Part shown: one piece after another, positions 23,517 through 33,658 of the stretch
Layout: every line of letters begins with the position of its first letter
Position numbering within the stretch: position 1 is the first letter of the stretch
Assembly: GCA_963422395.1 (NCBI GenBank)
Contig: OY729431.1
Coordinates: 2,560,001-2,624,000, forward strand
Source of the DNA: Vicinamibacteria bacterium
GTDB taxonomy: Bacteria > Acidobacteriota > Vicinamibacteria > Marinacidobacterales > Marinacidobacteraceae
Reading direction: 5' to 3'
DNA length: 64,000 bases
Program-made: the position numbers and the translations under genes
The notes under the pieces: generated by a model
What the model was told of the DNA's origin: nothing
Databases searched by the model: none
The model's input: the letters and a program-made list of their open reading frames with translations, nothing else

Positions 23517-24524
23517 ACGACGGCGGGTCGCGGGCCTGACCCTCCTTGCCGGTCCTCCGACCGCCGCGATCACGAAGGCCCAGTTGCGGCCGACCCCGGG
23601 GCCCTCGCGGCGGTAGGAGTGGAAGACGGGGCAGCAGCGGGTGCAGAGGCCGGCGCTCCAGACGGCGTCCGGCGAAAGCCCGGCCTCGATCAGCTGGAGG
23701 CGGTTTTCTAGAGGGAGGTCGAGGTGAAATCTGGTTTCGGGGCGGAGGCGGGTGCCGGGCCGCTCGGACCCGCGGATGATCCGGGCCGGGTCGCGTCCGG
23801 CGGCGGCGAAGGCGGCGGGCACTTCGGGTCCTACCTCGAAGCAGCAGGCGCCGATCGCGGGACCGAGGACCGCATGGAGACGCGCGGACGGGGCGCCGGC
23901 CGCGCGGGCGAGGGCGCGGGCGGCCTTGGCGGCGATTCCCGCGGCGGTGCCGCGCCAGCCGGCGTGGGCCCCTGCGACCGCGCCGGAGACGGGATCCGAG
24001 AGGAGCACCGGCACGCAGTCGGCAGCCTTGACCGCCACCCCGGCGCCGGGAGAGATCGCGATGAGCCCGTCGGCCTCCGGTGGGGCGGCGGCTAGGAAGG
24101 CGGAGCCGGGCAGCGGGTCGGGGGTCGGGGCAGCCGCCAACCGCACCCGGTCCCCGTGCACCTGCCGCATGGAAGCGAGCGAACGCGCGCCGGAGGCGCG
24201 GGCGAGGAAGCGGAGGTCCGCCGCTTCTCGTTCGCGCACACCTAGAAGAAGAGATTCGGCGGGCGGATCGGGCGATGATTCGGCCGACGATTCAGGAGGA
24301 CGCCAGCGCAAGCGGGCGGTGAAGCCGTGGGTCGCCGGGAAGGCGGCGGCCGCGAGTGCTTCGACTGCTTCCGCTTCGATCGCCTCGACGCCGGGCGCCG
24401 CGGCGGCCGCTACGGCAGCGGCCGGGGGAGCGCAGGACCCCGCCCCCGCCGGGGAGAACACCCGCCAGCGGAAACCGGCGGGCGGCACGGGAAAGCCGAG
24501 GCGCGAAGCGGGCGCAGAATCCAC
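23031..24524 (-). CDS. pgeF: YfiH/PgeF family purine nucleoside phosphorylase (peptidoglycan editing factor); homology ends near 23560 but the frame stays open to 23031
   Basis: HGFT, QVHG, ADGL, ADCVPVL, HAGWRG, GPAIGACCFEVG, CTRC...FHSYRR. Follows ftsZ. Start GTG 24524 is tentative. Confidence 0.85.
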   Translation of the reverse strand: MDSAPASRLGFPVPPAGFRWRVFSPAGAGSCAPPAAAVAAAAAPGVEAIEAEAVEALAAAAFPATHGFTARLRWRPPESSAESSPDPPAESLLLGVREREAADLRFLARASGARSLASMRQVHGDRVRLAAAPTPDPLPGSAFLAAAPPEADGLIAISPGAGVAVKAADCVPVLLSDPVSGAVAGAHAGWRGTAAGIAAKAARALARAAGAPSARLHAVLGPAIGACCFEVGPEVPAAFAAAGRDPARIIRGSERPGTRLRPETRFHLDLPLENRLQLIEAGLSPDAVWSAGLCTRCCPVFHSYRREGPGVGRNWAFVIAAVGGPARRVRPATRRRSGPEVAGPAGAAGRAHQTGPHEVLQQLPHLRHALFEECSAFHTRKTSSGVHLVEQSLAPPALGLDAPTAGPEDHFVREFVAGAAPLAQPNQQALGDGAAQSAFQVVLGKKGAQPPRRHTLLSVDRRQDAALGHCQVLPAQEGEPHLVFHPDPEAVSQGDGH

Positions 24525-24579
24525 CTTCGGTCGAGCGGCTGCGGAAGCGTCTCCCGGAGTCAGCCGCCGATCCGCCCGA

Positions 24580-26307
24580 TCAACCCCTCGAGCCCGCCCG
24601 CCGGCGAAGGAGGAAGGGCGGCGTCTCCAGATCTCCCCAGCGGTCATCGCTTTCATCGCCCACACCACCGGCATCGCCGGCGCCCTCGGGGACGATCCCT
24701 GGAAGGAGGCCGCCGGAGGCTCCTCCGGCAGCAACGGCAGCAGGTTCGGCGGCGGCAGCGGGTTCGGCGGCGGTAGCTGAGACCGCAGGCGAAACGCCAG
24801 GAGGAACATCCGGTCCGGATACGGCGGAGGCAGCAGACCGCCCCGCAGCGCCTCGGCTCCGGTCGGACTGCCGGTCGGATCCGACGCTCTCTCCGGCTTC
24901 CTTCCCCCCCGCCGGTCCCGGGAGCCTCGCGCCATTCCCGCCGCCCGGCGAGACCGCCGGGCCCGAGAGGGCGTCGCTCCCCCGCTGGGTATAGGACTGG
25001 AAATCCTGGGGAGTGGCGCCGATCCGGTTCCGCTGCGGGAATCCGGTCGCCACCACGGTGACCTTGATCTCTTCGACCTCGGCGTCTGCGGTGAGTGCCG
25101 GATCGAGCGCGGTGCCGAGCAGGATGTGGTCGCCGGGTTCGATGGCGCCCGATTCCCAGGAGCCGGCAGCGCCGTCTCGGGCCACCGCTTCCCGGACGAC
25201 TTCCGCCGCCCGCTCGACTTCTTTGAGGGTCAGGCCCTCTCCCCCGGAGACATTCACGATGATGCTCGTCGCTCCCTGGATCGAAGTGTCCTCGAGCAGC
25301 GGTGAGGAGATGGCCGCCTTGGTGGCGGTCTCGACGCGGTGCTCGCCGCTCGCGGTCCCGATGCCCATGACGGCATCTCCCTGACCACGCATCGCAGTCC
25401 GCACATCGGCGAAGTCGAGGTTGATTTCCCCCGGCACCTGGATCAGGTCCGAAATCCCCTGCACCGCCTGGCGCACCACATCGTCGGCGTCGCGGAACGC
25501 CGCGCGGATCGGCTTGTCCCCGTACACCTCGACGACCCGGTCGTTCGGGACGCAGATCAGGGTGTCCACGAACTCCCGGAGTTCCCGGATTCCGTCGTCC
25601 GCGATCGCCCGGCGGCGGCGCCCCTCGACCCGCAGCGGCTTGGTGACCACCGCGACGCAGAGCGCTTCGATCTCCCGGGCCACGCAGGCGACCACCGGAG
25701 CGGCGCCGGTGCCGGTGCCCCCGCCCTGGCCGACGGTGAGGAACACCATGTCCGCGCCGACCAGCGCCTCGATGAGCCGGTCCATGTCTTCCTGGGCCGC
25801 GAGCCGGCCCACTTCGGGGTCGCCCCCGCAGCCGAGCCCCGCAGTCCGCTCCCGCCCCAGCTGGATCCTGACCGGCGCCAGCGAGCGGTCGAGCACCTGG
25901 GCGTCGGTGTTCGCGGCGATGAAGTCCACCCCCCGTACGCCCGCCTCGATCATTCGGTTCACGGCGTTGCCGCCCCCGCCGCCGACGCCGATGACCTTGA
26001 TCCTGGCCCGATCCCCCAGGCTCCCACCACTTCCGCTGCGGTCGCCCGCCGGGCTTTCCCGCGGCGGGCTTCGGCGCTCCGCCGAAGCCGTATCGGCCCT
26101 CGGACCGGGTTCCTCGGCAACAGGTTCCTCGGCAGCGGGAGCCGCAGCGGAGGAGGCGGCAGCGATCGGAGGCTCGGGGGGAGCACCCGGAACCCCGACC
26201 GGAGGCTCGGAAGGAGGCGCGGATTCCGCCGCGGCCCGCTCCGGCCCGCTCGGGGAATCGCTCGCCTCGGATTTCGGCTCTTCAGCGAAAAGGATCATGG
26301 GAATCAT
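24580..26307 (-). CDS. ftsZ: Cell division protein FtsZ with long low-complexity N-terminal extension
   Basis: IKVIGVGGGGGNAVNRM, GGGTGTGAAP, INLDFADVR, VTVVATGF, C-terminal core DLETPPFL. Confidence 0.97.
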   Translation of the reverse strand: MIPMILFAEEPKSEASDSPSGPERAAAESAPPSEPPVGVPGAPPEPPIAAASSAAAPAAEEPVAEEPGPRADTASAERRSPPRESPAGDRSGSGGSLGDRARIKVIGVGGGGGNAVNRMIEAGVRGVDFIAANTDAQVLDRSLAPVRIQLGRERTAGLGCGGDPEVGRLAAQEDMDRLIEALVGADMVFLTVGQGGGTGTGAAPVVACVAREIEALCVAVVTKPLRVEGRRRRAIADDGIRELREFVDTLICVPNDRVVEVYGDKPIRAAFRDADDVVRQAVQGISDLIQVPGEINLDFADVRTAMRGQGDAVMGIGTASGEHRVETATKAAISSPLLEDTSIQGATSIIVNVSGGEGLTLKEVERAAEVVREAVARDGAAGSWESGAIEPGDHILLGTALDPALTADAEVEEIKVTVVATGFPQRNRIGATPQDFQSYTQRGSDALSGPAVSPGGGNGARLPGPAGGKEAGESVGSDRQSDRSRGAAGRSAASAVSGPDVPPGVSPAVSATAAEPAAAAEPAAVAAGGASGGLLPGIVPEGAGDAGGVGDESDDRWGDLETPPFLLRRRAGSRG

Positions 26308-26344
26308 CTCCTGGAGGATTTTCGGTTCGTTCGGTTCGAGTCGT

Positions 26345-27640
26345 TCATCGGTTTTTTCGGATCCGCTCGCTGACCCGGCGCAGGGAACCGTCGAAAAAGC
26401 TTCGCACCTGGGCGAAGGCCGCCGGCATCGCCAGCCGGCGGGCGGCCGCCTGGCGGCGCACTTTCCAGCCGTAGCGGCAAAGTCCCACGGCGCAGCCGAA
26501 GTGGGGCCGCTGGGCGAGGTCGCGAAGTCCGGTGAGCGAGAGGGCGCCGCGGGTCTCCGTCTCGACGCCGAACACCAACCGGGCCACCTCGCTCAACCCA
26601 TCGAGATTCGCACCCCCGCCGGTGAGCACCAAGCGTCCGGGGAGAGATGTCGAAAGCGCCTTCCGCAGCTGATCGCGGAGCTTCGTGAGATCGCTCTCCG
26701 CCCGTTGCTGGACGATTTCGGCGAGCAGCCGCCGCGGCATCAGCTGGGGCAGGGCTCCGCCCGGCCGCGGCATCTCGAAGTGCGCGTCCTCTCCGACGGA
26801 TTCCACCAGCGCCGCACCGTAGCGCCGCTTCACCTCCTCGGCTGCCGCCTGGGAGGTCCGCAGCCCGAGCGCGATGTCTTTCGTGTAGGCGCGCCCCCCG
26901 CTGGGCATCAGGTCCGAGTGCCAGAGCACTCCTCGCCGGAACACCGCGACATCGGTGATCATGGCGCCGATGTCGAGGAGCACCACCTCCTCCTTCCGCT
27001 CCTCGGGGTCGAGCACTCCGTAGCCGGCGGCCAGCGGCGCGACCACCAGCTGCTCCACCGCGACCCCGGCGTCGTTCACCGCGTGTTCGATGGCGTTCAG
27101 ACTGGACCGGGGACAGCTCACCAGATGGACGAACGACTGGATGTTCGAGCCGGTCCAGCCCGTCGGATCGTCGGTGGGGTCGAGATCGTCCACCCAGAAC
27201 TCCTGGGGCAGGGCGTGCAGCAGCTCGTAGGGCTGCCGGAGCCAAGCGCCCCCGCCCTCACCGGGAATCGCGGCCCGCACCGCCCGCCGCACATCGCGCT
27301 CGCCGATGGTGCGGCCCGGTTCCAAGATGGAGACCGCCCCGGAGGAGTTGATGCTGCGCCGGGCCCGGGTACCCACCGAAACCCAGGCCGATGCGACATC
27401 CGCTCCGGCGCTCTGCTCCGCCTCCTCCACCGCGCGGCGTACCGCCCGCGTGACGGCTTCCCGGCGGACGACTTCGCCGTACTGCACGGCGTTCGCGCTT
27501 TCGGCGTGCCCCACCGCCACCACTTCCATCGGCGCGGCGGCGCCCCCGGCAACGGCATTCTCGGGCGCGCGCGCCAGCACCGCGCGCACCGCGTCGGAAC
27601 CGATGTCTATCCCGCACAGCAGATCGGTCGGCTTGTTCAC
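26345..27640 (-). CDS. ftsA: Cell division protein FtsA
   Basis: GIDIGSD, LHALPQEFWVD, LLDIGAMITD, AEEVKRRYG, VLTGGGANL. GTG 27640 overlaps the ftsQ stop. Confidence 0.95.
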   Translation of the reverse strand: MNKPTDLLCGIDIGSDAVRAVLARAPENAVAGGAAAPMEVVAVGHAESANAVQYGEVVRREAVTRAVRRAVEEAEQSAGADVASAWVSVGTRARRSINSSGAVSILEPGRTIGERDVRRAVRAAIPGEGGGAWLRQPYELLHALPQEFWVDDLDPTDDPTGWTGSNIQSFVHLVSCPRSSLNAIEHAVNDAGVAVEQLVVAPLAAGYGVLDPEERKEEVVLLDIGAMITDVAVFRRGVLWHSDLMPSGGRAYTKDIALGLRTSQAAAEEVKRRYGAALVESVGEDAHFEMPRPGGALPQLMPRRLLAEIVQQRAESDLTKLRDQLRKALSTSLPGRLVLTGGGANLDGLSEVARLVFGVETETRGALSLTGLRDLAQRPHFGCAVGLCRYGWKVRRQAAARRLAMPAAFAQVRSFFDGSLRRVSERIRKNR

Positions 27641-28650
27641 GAGGTGGTCTCTCCCTGGGAGATCTCCAGACTCGGCGCGAAACCGAGTGGCAGCGCCCGG
27701 GGGAGTGGGGCACGGAGAGGCGGCGAAAGGGGGCGCGGGGCTGGCCGGAGCAGCAGCCGGTCCGGAATGCGGGCGTCGATGCGCTCGGTCCCGGGCCAAC
27801 TCCCCAAGAGGTCGGGCAAGAGCCCGGCGACGAACTCGAACCGTTCGAGGAAATGAGATTCCGTCAGCAGGATCGTGAGTTCGGGAACGCGAAGCACCAC
27901 CCCGACGCGGAGCGGTCCGGCGTCCACCAGCAGCTCCGAGACGAGAGCGTCCAGCTCGGGACGGGTCTGGAGCGCGGCCGCCAGCCGGGCAGCGAGGGCC
28001 GTGCGCCGGGCGAAATCGGGCCCCCCCCGGCCGGCGCCGCGGATCACCGGCAGATCCCGCGCCCCGGCCCAGCGGAAGTCGGCGACCGTCGCCGGGCCGA
28101 GGACGGTACCGTCGCCGGCGAGCGCCTCGGGCGGATCGCCCGACAGCAGCGCGACGGCGCGCTTTTCGCGCACCTCGACCCGAGGAATCGCGAACAGGGC
28201 GCGCTCCACGAATACCGTTTCGGGAATTCCGGTGGCGAGCAAGCGGTGCCGGATCTCCTTCGGGTCGGTCGAGAAGCCCCCGCTGCCCAGGAGAGCTTCC
28301 GCAAGCCCCGCCGCGAGATGTCCCGCCCCCGAAATCAGGACCTCGGGCCGAGCCCTTCCTCCCGCCGCTCCGCGCCCGATCGCGATCCCCAGAACCAGCG
28401 CCAGCGCCAGCGAACCGAGGGTGGCGCTGAACAGCGTCCCGAAGGAAAGCCGCAGCGGGCGCCGCCATCCTTTTCGCGGGATGAGCAGATGGGGAGCGGA
28501 AGCGAAGGGGCGCCAGAGGCCCCATCTTCCGAAGCGGCGGAGTTCTCCGAGCCCGTCGGGCGCGGCGGGCCCCTCGACATCGACCGACCCCGTCCAGAGC
28601 CCGACCCGGGGCCCGACCCGGAGGGAGCGCCGCTCAGGAAACCCGATCAA
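27637..28650 (-). CDS. ftsQ: Cell division protein FtsQ/DivIB (divergent)
   Basis: Single TM helix, POTRA-like region ending VEVREKRAVA, LPVIRG, RIDARIPDRLL. Lies between murC and ftsA. Start uncertain (TTG 28650). Confidence 0.75.
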   Translation of the reverse strand: MIGFPERRSLRVGPRVGLWTGSVDVEGPAAPDGLGELRRFGRWGLWRPFASAPHLLIPRKGWRRPLRLSFGTLFSATLGSLALALVLGIAIGRGAAGGRARPEVLISGAGHLAAGLAEALLGSGGFSTDPKEIRHRLLATGIPETVFVERALFAIPRVEVREKRAVALLSGDPPEALAGDGTVLGPATVADFRWAGARDLPVIRGAGRGGPDFARRTALAARLAAALQTRPELDALVSELLVDAGPLRVGVVLRVPELTILLTESHFLERFEFVAGLLPDLLGSWPGTERIDARIPDRLLLRPAPRPLSPPLRAPLPRALPLGFAPSLEISQGETTS

Positions 28651-30064
28651 GGAGCGCCTCTTCGAGCAGGTCGGGCAGTTCGGTGATCGTTCCGGCACCC
28701 AGCGTGAGGACCACATCTCCGGGCCGCAGCTCGGGGACCAGCCGGGCGGGCACTTCGTCGAGCCGGGAGAAGAAACGGACATCCGGGTGGCCGTGCTGCC
28801 GGATCCCCTCGGCGAGCCGCGCCCCGTCCACTCCGGGGATCGGCGTCTCTCCGGCGGGATGGATTTCGGTGACGACCACCAGGTCCGCAGCACCGAAGGC
28901 GCCGCAGAAATCATCGAAGAGCAAGCGCACCCGGGTGTAGCGATGCGGCTGGAAGACCGCCACCGTACGGCTGCCGAAGGCCGAACGCGCCGCTTCGAGG
29001 GTGGCGGCGATCTCTCTCGGATGGTGCGCGTAATCGTCCACGAAACGCACGCCGGCGGCCGCGCCGCGGCTCTCGAAACGACGTTCGACGCCCGAGAAAG
29101 CCTCGAGCCCCTCCCGGATAGCCAGCGTCCCGAGACCGAACTCCAGGCCGACTGCGGCGGCGGCGAGGCTGTTGAGCACCGCGGTCCGCCCCGGCTGACA
29201 GAGCTGCACCGCGCCCGCCATGCCGCCCCGGATCCGCAGCTGGTAGCGGGAGCCGCTCTCGGAGATCTCGATGTCTCTGGCGGAGACCTCGGCACCGTCT
29301 TCGAGGCCGTAGGTGACGAAGCGGCGCCGCACCCGCGGCAGGAGCGAGCGGATGTTCGGATCGTCGAGGCAGAGCACCGCCGCGCCGTAGAACGGGGTCA
29401 TGTTGATGAAGCGCAGGAAGGACTCCAGCAGGTCGTCCATGCCGTCGTAGGCGTCGAGGTGCTCGCGATCGATACTGGTCACCACCGCCAGCACCGGCAG
29501 CAGGCGCAGGAAGGTGCGGTCCGACTCGTCGGCCTCGGCCACCAGGATCTCCGACTTGCCGAGACGGGCGCCGCCGCCGATGCTGGCGACCCGCCCGCCG
29601 ATCACCACCGTGGGATCGAGTCCAGCGTGGTCGAGCAGCACCGCGGTCATCGAAGTGGCGGTCGTCTTGCCGTGGGACCCGGCGACCGCCACCGCGAACT
29701 TCATCCGCATCAGCTCGGCGAGCATTTCGGCGCGGGGGATGATGGGCAGGCGCCGTCTGCGGGCCGCCTCGACCTCCGGGTTGTCCTGCGGGACCGCCGA
29801 GGAGAGGACCACCACATCGGCGGAATCCACCGGTTCGGGGGAGTGTCCCGCGAAGACGATGGCGCCGAGTTCGGCGAGCCGCTCGGCATTCGGGCCGAAC
29901 TTCAGATCGGAACCGCTCACCCGGTAGCCGAGATTCAGCAGGACTTCGGCGATGCCGCTCATGCCGACGCCGCCGATGCCGACGAAGTGCACCCGGGTAC
30001 GGTTCGAGAAAAGCAGACCGCTTCCGGCCGAGTGCTGCTGTGGGGCCGGATCCTTCCGACTCAT
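28634..30064 (-). CDS. murC: UDP-N-acetylmuramate-L-alanine ligase
   Basis: HFVGIGGVGMSGIA, AGSHGKTT, EADESD, DDYAHHP, FQPHRYTR. Confidence 0.97.
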   Translation of the reverse strand: MSRKDPAPQQHSAGSGLLFSNRTRVHFVGIGGVGMSGIAEVLLNLGYRVSGSDLKFGPNAERLAELGAIVFAGHSPEPVDSADVVVLSSAVPQDNPEVEAARRRRLPIIPRAEMLAELMRMKFAVAVAGSHGKTTATSMTAVLLDHAGLDPTVVIGGRVASIGGGARLGKSEILVAEADESDRTFLRLLPVLAVVTSIDREHLDAYDGMDDLLESFLRFINMTPFYGAAVLCLDDPNIRSLLPRVRRRFVTYGLEDGAEVSARDIEISESGSRYQLRIRGGMAGAVQLCQPGRTAVLNSLAAAAVGLEFGLGTLAIREGLEAFSGVERRFESRGAAAGVRFVDDYAHHPREIAATLEAARSAFGSRTVAVFQPHRYTRVRLLFDDFCGAFGAADLVVVTEIHPAGETPIPGVDGARLAEGIRQHGHPDVRFFSRLDEVPARLVPELRPGDVVLTLGAGTITELPDLLEEALLDRVS

Positions 30065-31143
30065 CGCGCCGGCTCCGCGAGCTTCCCGAGCCGGGCGGCG
30101 AGCCGCTCGGCAGGGCGGCCGTGGGCGAGGCCCTGCGCCGCCCGCGCCATGTGCTCTCGGCGGTGCGGGTTCGCAACCAGTGCTGCGAGCATGGCGGCGA
30201 ACTCTTCGCCAGAGGCACCGTCCTCGACGGTGAGCGCGGCGCCGGCGCCGGCGAAGAGCGCCGCGTTCGTGCGCTGGTGCCCGCCGGCGACCGGTGCCGG
30301 GACCAGGATCGCCGGCCGGCCGGCCGCCGCGATTTCAGCGCAGGTGAGCGCGCCCGCGCGACCCACCACCAGGTCCGCCGCCTCGACCGCTTCCGGCATG
30401 TCGTCGAGATAGGCCGCCACTCGGCCCCGGACGCCGTGCTCCCGGTAGGCGGCGCGCACCGCATCTTCCTCCGCCGGACCGGTCTGGTGGGTGAAGGAGA
30501 GCCCCGGCGCCCGCTCGCGGAGCGCGGGCAGCGCCTCGATCACCATCCGGTTGATCCGGGAGGCGCCCTGACTGCCGCCGGTGATGAGCACCGACATGGA
30601 ACCGTTCACGACTCCGGGAGGAGGCGCCAGCTCGAAGAACCCGGGACGAACCGGGATGCCGGAAACGAAGACTCTGCGGGGAAAACGGCAGCGGGCTGCC
30701 TCCCAGCCCACCGCGACTTCGGTCGCGAGCCGCGCGCTCCAGCGGTTTGCGAACCCCGGCTCGGCGTTCGGCTCGAGGATGAGCGAGGCGATGCCAGAGG
30801 CCCGGGCCGCCAGCACCGCGACCCCGGAAACCGAACCACCGGTTCCGAACACCACCTGCGGCCGGAACTCCCGGAGCAGACGGCGCATCCGGCGGTAGGA
30901 GCGCGCGAGGCGGAACGAGGCCCCGAGGAGAGCTCCGGGGCTCTGGCCGCGGAGCGGCGGCACGGAGAGGAGGTCGAGCGGAAACCGGTGCGCAGCGACG
31001 AGACGCTCGGTGAGGCCGCCCGGCATTCCCACGAAGCGGACCTCCGCCGGACCGAGGGCGGCGAAGGCGCGCGCCACCGAGAGCCCGGGGTAGATATGGC
31101 CGCCGCTTCCGGCGGCGGCGATCAGCAGGCGGCGCGGGGTCAC
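30061..31143 (-). CDS. murG: Undecaprenyl-PP-MurNAc-pentapeptide GlcNAc transferase
   Basis: GSGGHIYPG, EPNAEPGFAN, GGSQGA, RAGALT, HQRTNA. GTG 31143 overlaps the ftsW stop. Confidence 0.96.
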   Translation of the reverse strand: MTPRRLLIAAAGSGGHIYPGLSVARAFAALGPAEVRFVGMPGGLTERLVAAHRFPLDLLSVPPLRGQSPGALLGASFRLARSYRRMRRLLREFRPQVVFGTGGSVSGVAVLAARASGIASLILEPNAEPGFANRWSARLATEVAVGWEAARCRFPRRVFVSGIPVRPGFFELAPPPGVVNGSMSVLITGGSQGASRINRMVIEALPALRERAPGLSFTHQTGPAEEDAVRAAYREHGVRGRVAAYLDDMPEAVEAADLVVGRAGALTCAEIAAAGRPAILVPAPVAGGHQRTNAALFAGAGAALTVEDGASGEEFAAMLAALVANPHRREHMARAAQGLAHGRPAERLAARLGKLAEPAR

Positions 31144-32225
31144 GGCGTCCTCTGGGAGACCGAGAGCAGCAGGCCGGCTGCCAGCAGGGTGGTCAGCAGC
31201 GACGAACCGCCGGCGGATACGAACGGCAGCGGCAGGCCGGCAGTCGGCAAGAGGCCGGTCGCCACGCTGATGTGGAGCAGCGCCGGCGCCGCGACGGTGA
31301 GGGTGGCACCCACCCCGAGGAAGAGCCCGAAACGGTCCGTAGCACGGGACGACACCAGCAGGCCGCGGATGGCGTAGAGGAGGAACACCAGGACGAGCAG
31401 CGCGGCGCCGACGAGGCCGAGTTCCTCGCCGATCACCGAGAACACGAAGTCGGAGTGTGGTTCCGGCAGATACAACAGCTTCTGGCGGCTCGCGGTGAAG
31501 CCCACCCCGCTTACGCCGCCGCTTCCGAGCGCGATGAGCGACTGGCTGAGCTGGAACCCGTCTCCGAGCGGATCGGCGAACGGATCGAGGAAAGTGAGGA
31601 TCCGGGCCACCCGATAGTCCGCGGTGAGGACACCGGCGGCGAACAGGGGAACACCCAGCCCGGCGAGGACGCCGAGGTGGAGCAGGCGGGCTCCGCCGAC
31701 GAAGAGGATCGAGACGGCGAGCAGCACCAGCACGGTGGCGGTGCCGAGGTCGGGCTGGACGAACACCAGCCCCGCGAACAGCGCGGTGACGAAGAGCGGC
31801 GCGCTGAGGCTCCCGAGAGTATCCGGACGCCGCGCTGCGAACAGGTGGGCGAGGATCACCACCAGTCCGAGCCGGGCCGGCTCGGAGGGTTGGAGGGTGA
31901 AACCGAACAGCCGTACCCAGCGATGGGTGTTGTTGATCGGCTCCGCGAGCAGCGCCGCGATCAGCAGCAGGATCGAGGCCCCGAAAACCGCCCAGACGAC
32001 CGCGGGCCGGTTCAGGACCCGGTAATCGGAGCGGGCGGCGATCAGCATCACGGCGAAGCCGCAGACGGCGAAGACCGCCTGCCGACCGAAGAAGAAGAAC
32101 GGATGGCGAGAGTTCGCATCGGCGACGATGGCCGAGGCGCTGTAGAGCATCACCAGCCCGAACAGCAACAGGACGATCGTTCCGGCGAAGAGCAGCGCGT
32201 CGGGCGCGGCCCGGCGGCTCCTCAT
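31140..32225 (-). CDS. ftsW: SEDS peptidoglycan polymerase FtsW
   Basis: GLVMLYSAS, RW...LQPSE, QPDLGT, YLPEPHSDFVFSVIGEELG, LPFVSAGGSS. Confidence 0.96.
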   Translation of the reverse strand: MRSRRAAPDALLFAGTIVLLLFGLVMLYSASAIVADANSRHPFFFFGRQAVFAVCGFAVMLIAARSDYRVLNRPAVVWAVFGASILLLIAALLAEPINNTHRWVRLFGFTLQPSEPARLGLVVILAHLFAARRPDTLGSLSAPLFVTALFAGLVFVQPDLGTATVLVLLAVSILFVGGARLLHLGVLAGLGVPLFAAGVLTADYRVARILTFLDPFADPLGDGFQLSQSLIALGSGGVSGVGFTASRQKLLYLPEPHSDFVFSVIGEELGLVGAALLVLVFLLYAIRGLLVSSRATDRFGLFLGVGATLTVAAPALLHISVATGLLPTAGLPLPFVSAGGSSLLTTLLAAGLLLSVSQRTP

Positions 32226-33655
32226 CCCGAATCCTCCCGATGCGCCGCGGCGAGGGCGTCCACCCTCGCCCCAAACCGCTCCCCGCGGTCGCGGTAGTCG
32301 CGGAACAGGTCGAAACTGGAGCAGCCCGGAGAGAGCAGGACGACTCCGCCGGGCCGGGCGGCGGCGAAGGCGCGGTCCACCGCGTCTTCGAGGCCGGAGC
32401 AGATCGTGACCGGAACCTCCGGGAGGGCGGCGGCGATCTGACGGCGGGTCTGCCCGATCGCCCAGACCCCGGCCACCGGGCCCAGCCGGGGCGCGAGATC
32501 CTCGAAGCGGCCGCCCTTCAGGATGCCGCCCAGGATCAGCTGGACGCGGGCGGCGGAAGATCCGGAGGAAGCGGATTCGGCGACGACGGCGAGCGCGGCA
32601 GCGGTGGCCGCGAGGCTGGTCGCCCGCGAGTCGTCGAGGAAGCGGACGCCGCCCACCACCCCCCGTTCCTCGAGGGCGTGCGGCAGGCCGACGAAACTGC
32701 GGGCCGCCGCCTCGATGGCCTCCCGGGAGGCGCCGAAGACGCTCGCCGCCGCCGCCGCCGCCGCGAGGTTTCGCCGCTGGTGGGCTCCCGGGACTCGAAG
32801 CGAGGAGAGGCCGGCGAGGCGCTCGACCTCGGGGCTATGCCGCCGGACCAGGAAGCCCTGCTCCACCACCACTTCGGGATCCGCGGTGCCGGGAGCACCG
32901 CCGAAGGGCAGCCGCCGGGCGCCGCTCTCCCGGGCGGCGGCAGCGGCGATCGCGGCGGCCACCGGGTCAGCTCCGTCGAACACCGCCCAATCCGCGGCGG
33001 TCTGGTTCTCGAAGAGGCGGGCCTTGGAGCTCCGGTAGTCGGCGAGGTCGGAATGCCAGTCGAGATGGTCCTCGCCCACTGCGAGCATCACCCCGACCCG
33101 CGCCCGGAACCTGGAGATCGTGGCCAACTGGAAGCTGGACGCCTCGACGACGGCCACCTGCCGGGGACCGAAGTCTCCGACGAGGGCGGTGAGCGGTGTC
33201 CCCAGGTTGCCGCAGGTCCGGGCGGAGACTCCATGGCGCCGGAGCGCCTCGCCGAGCAGGGTGACCACGCTCGATTTCCCCTTGGTGCCGGTCACCGCCG
33301 CGATCCTCTCCGCGGGCTCGCCGAGCGCGCGGTAGCCGAGTTCGAGTTCGCCCCAGACCGGCACCCCCGCAGCGCGCGCCGCCCGGAGAACGGGCGTCTT
33401 TCGGGGCACTCCCGGACTCGCAACCACCAGCGCCATCCCTTCGAGGAGCACCGGCGGATGGCCTCCCGCCCGGAGCGGCACGCCCCACCCGGAGAGCGAG
33501 GCGGCAGCAGCCGGAATCTCGGATTCCGGCCGGGAGTCCGCAGCGAGCACCCGGCGCCCGATCCCGGCGAGAAACCTCGCCGCGGCGAGGCCGCTCGCGC
33601 CGACGCCGAGCACGAGCACTCCCGGCCCCGGAATCGCATACTCCCGACCCGCCAT
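32222..33655 (-). CDS. murD: UDP-MurNAc-L-Ala-D-Glu ligase
   Basis: SPGVP, AVTGTKGKSS, GNLGTP, EASSFQL, DHLDWH, DDSRAT, LLSPGCSSFDLF. Confidence 0.95.
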   Translation of the reverse strand: MAGREYAIPGPGVLVLGVGASGLAAARFLAGIGRRVLAADSRPESEIPAAAASLSGWGVPLRAGGHPPVLLEGMALVVASPGVPRKTPVLRAARAAGVPVWGELELGYRALGEPAERIAAVTGTKGKSSVVTLLGEALRRHGVSARTCGNLGTPLTALVGDFGPRQVAVVEASSFQLATISRFRARVGVMLAVGEDHLDWHSDLADYRSSKARLFENQTAADWAVFDGADPVAAAIAAAAARESGARRLPFGGAPGTADPEVVVEQGFLVRRHSPEVERLAGLSSLRVPGAHQRRNLAAAAAAASVFGASREAIEAAARSFVGLPHALEERGVVGGVRFLDDSRATSLAATAAALAVVAESASSGSSAARVQLILGGILKGGRFEDLAPRLGPVAGVWAIGQTRRQIAAALPEVPVTICSGLEDAVDRAFAAARPGGVVLLSPGCSSFDLFRDYRDRGERFGARVDALAAAHREDSG

Positions 33656-33658
33656 CGT

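Noticed and set aside
27637-30064. Absence of murB and ddl between murC and ftsQ
   Set aside because: These genes are often located outside the dcw cluster; not evidence of an unusual cell wall.
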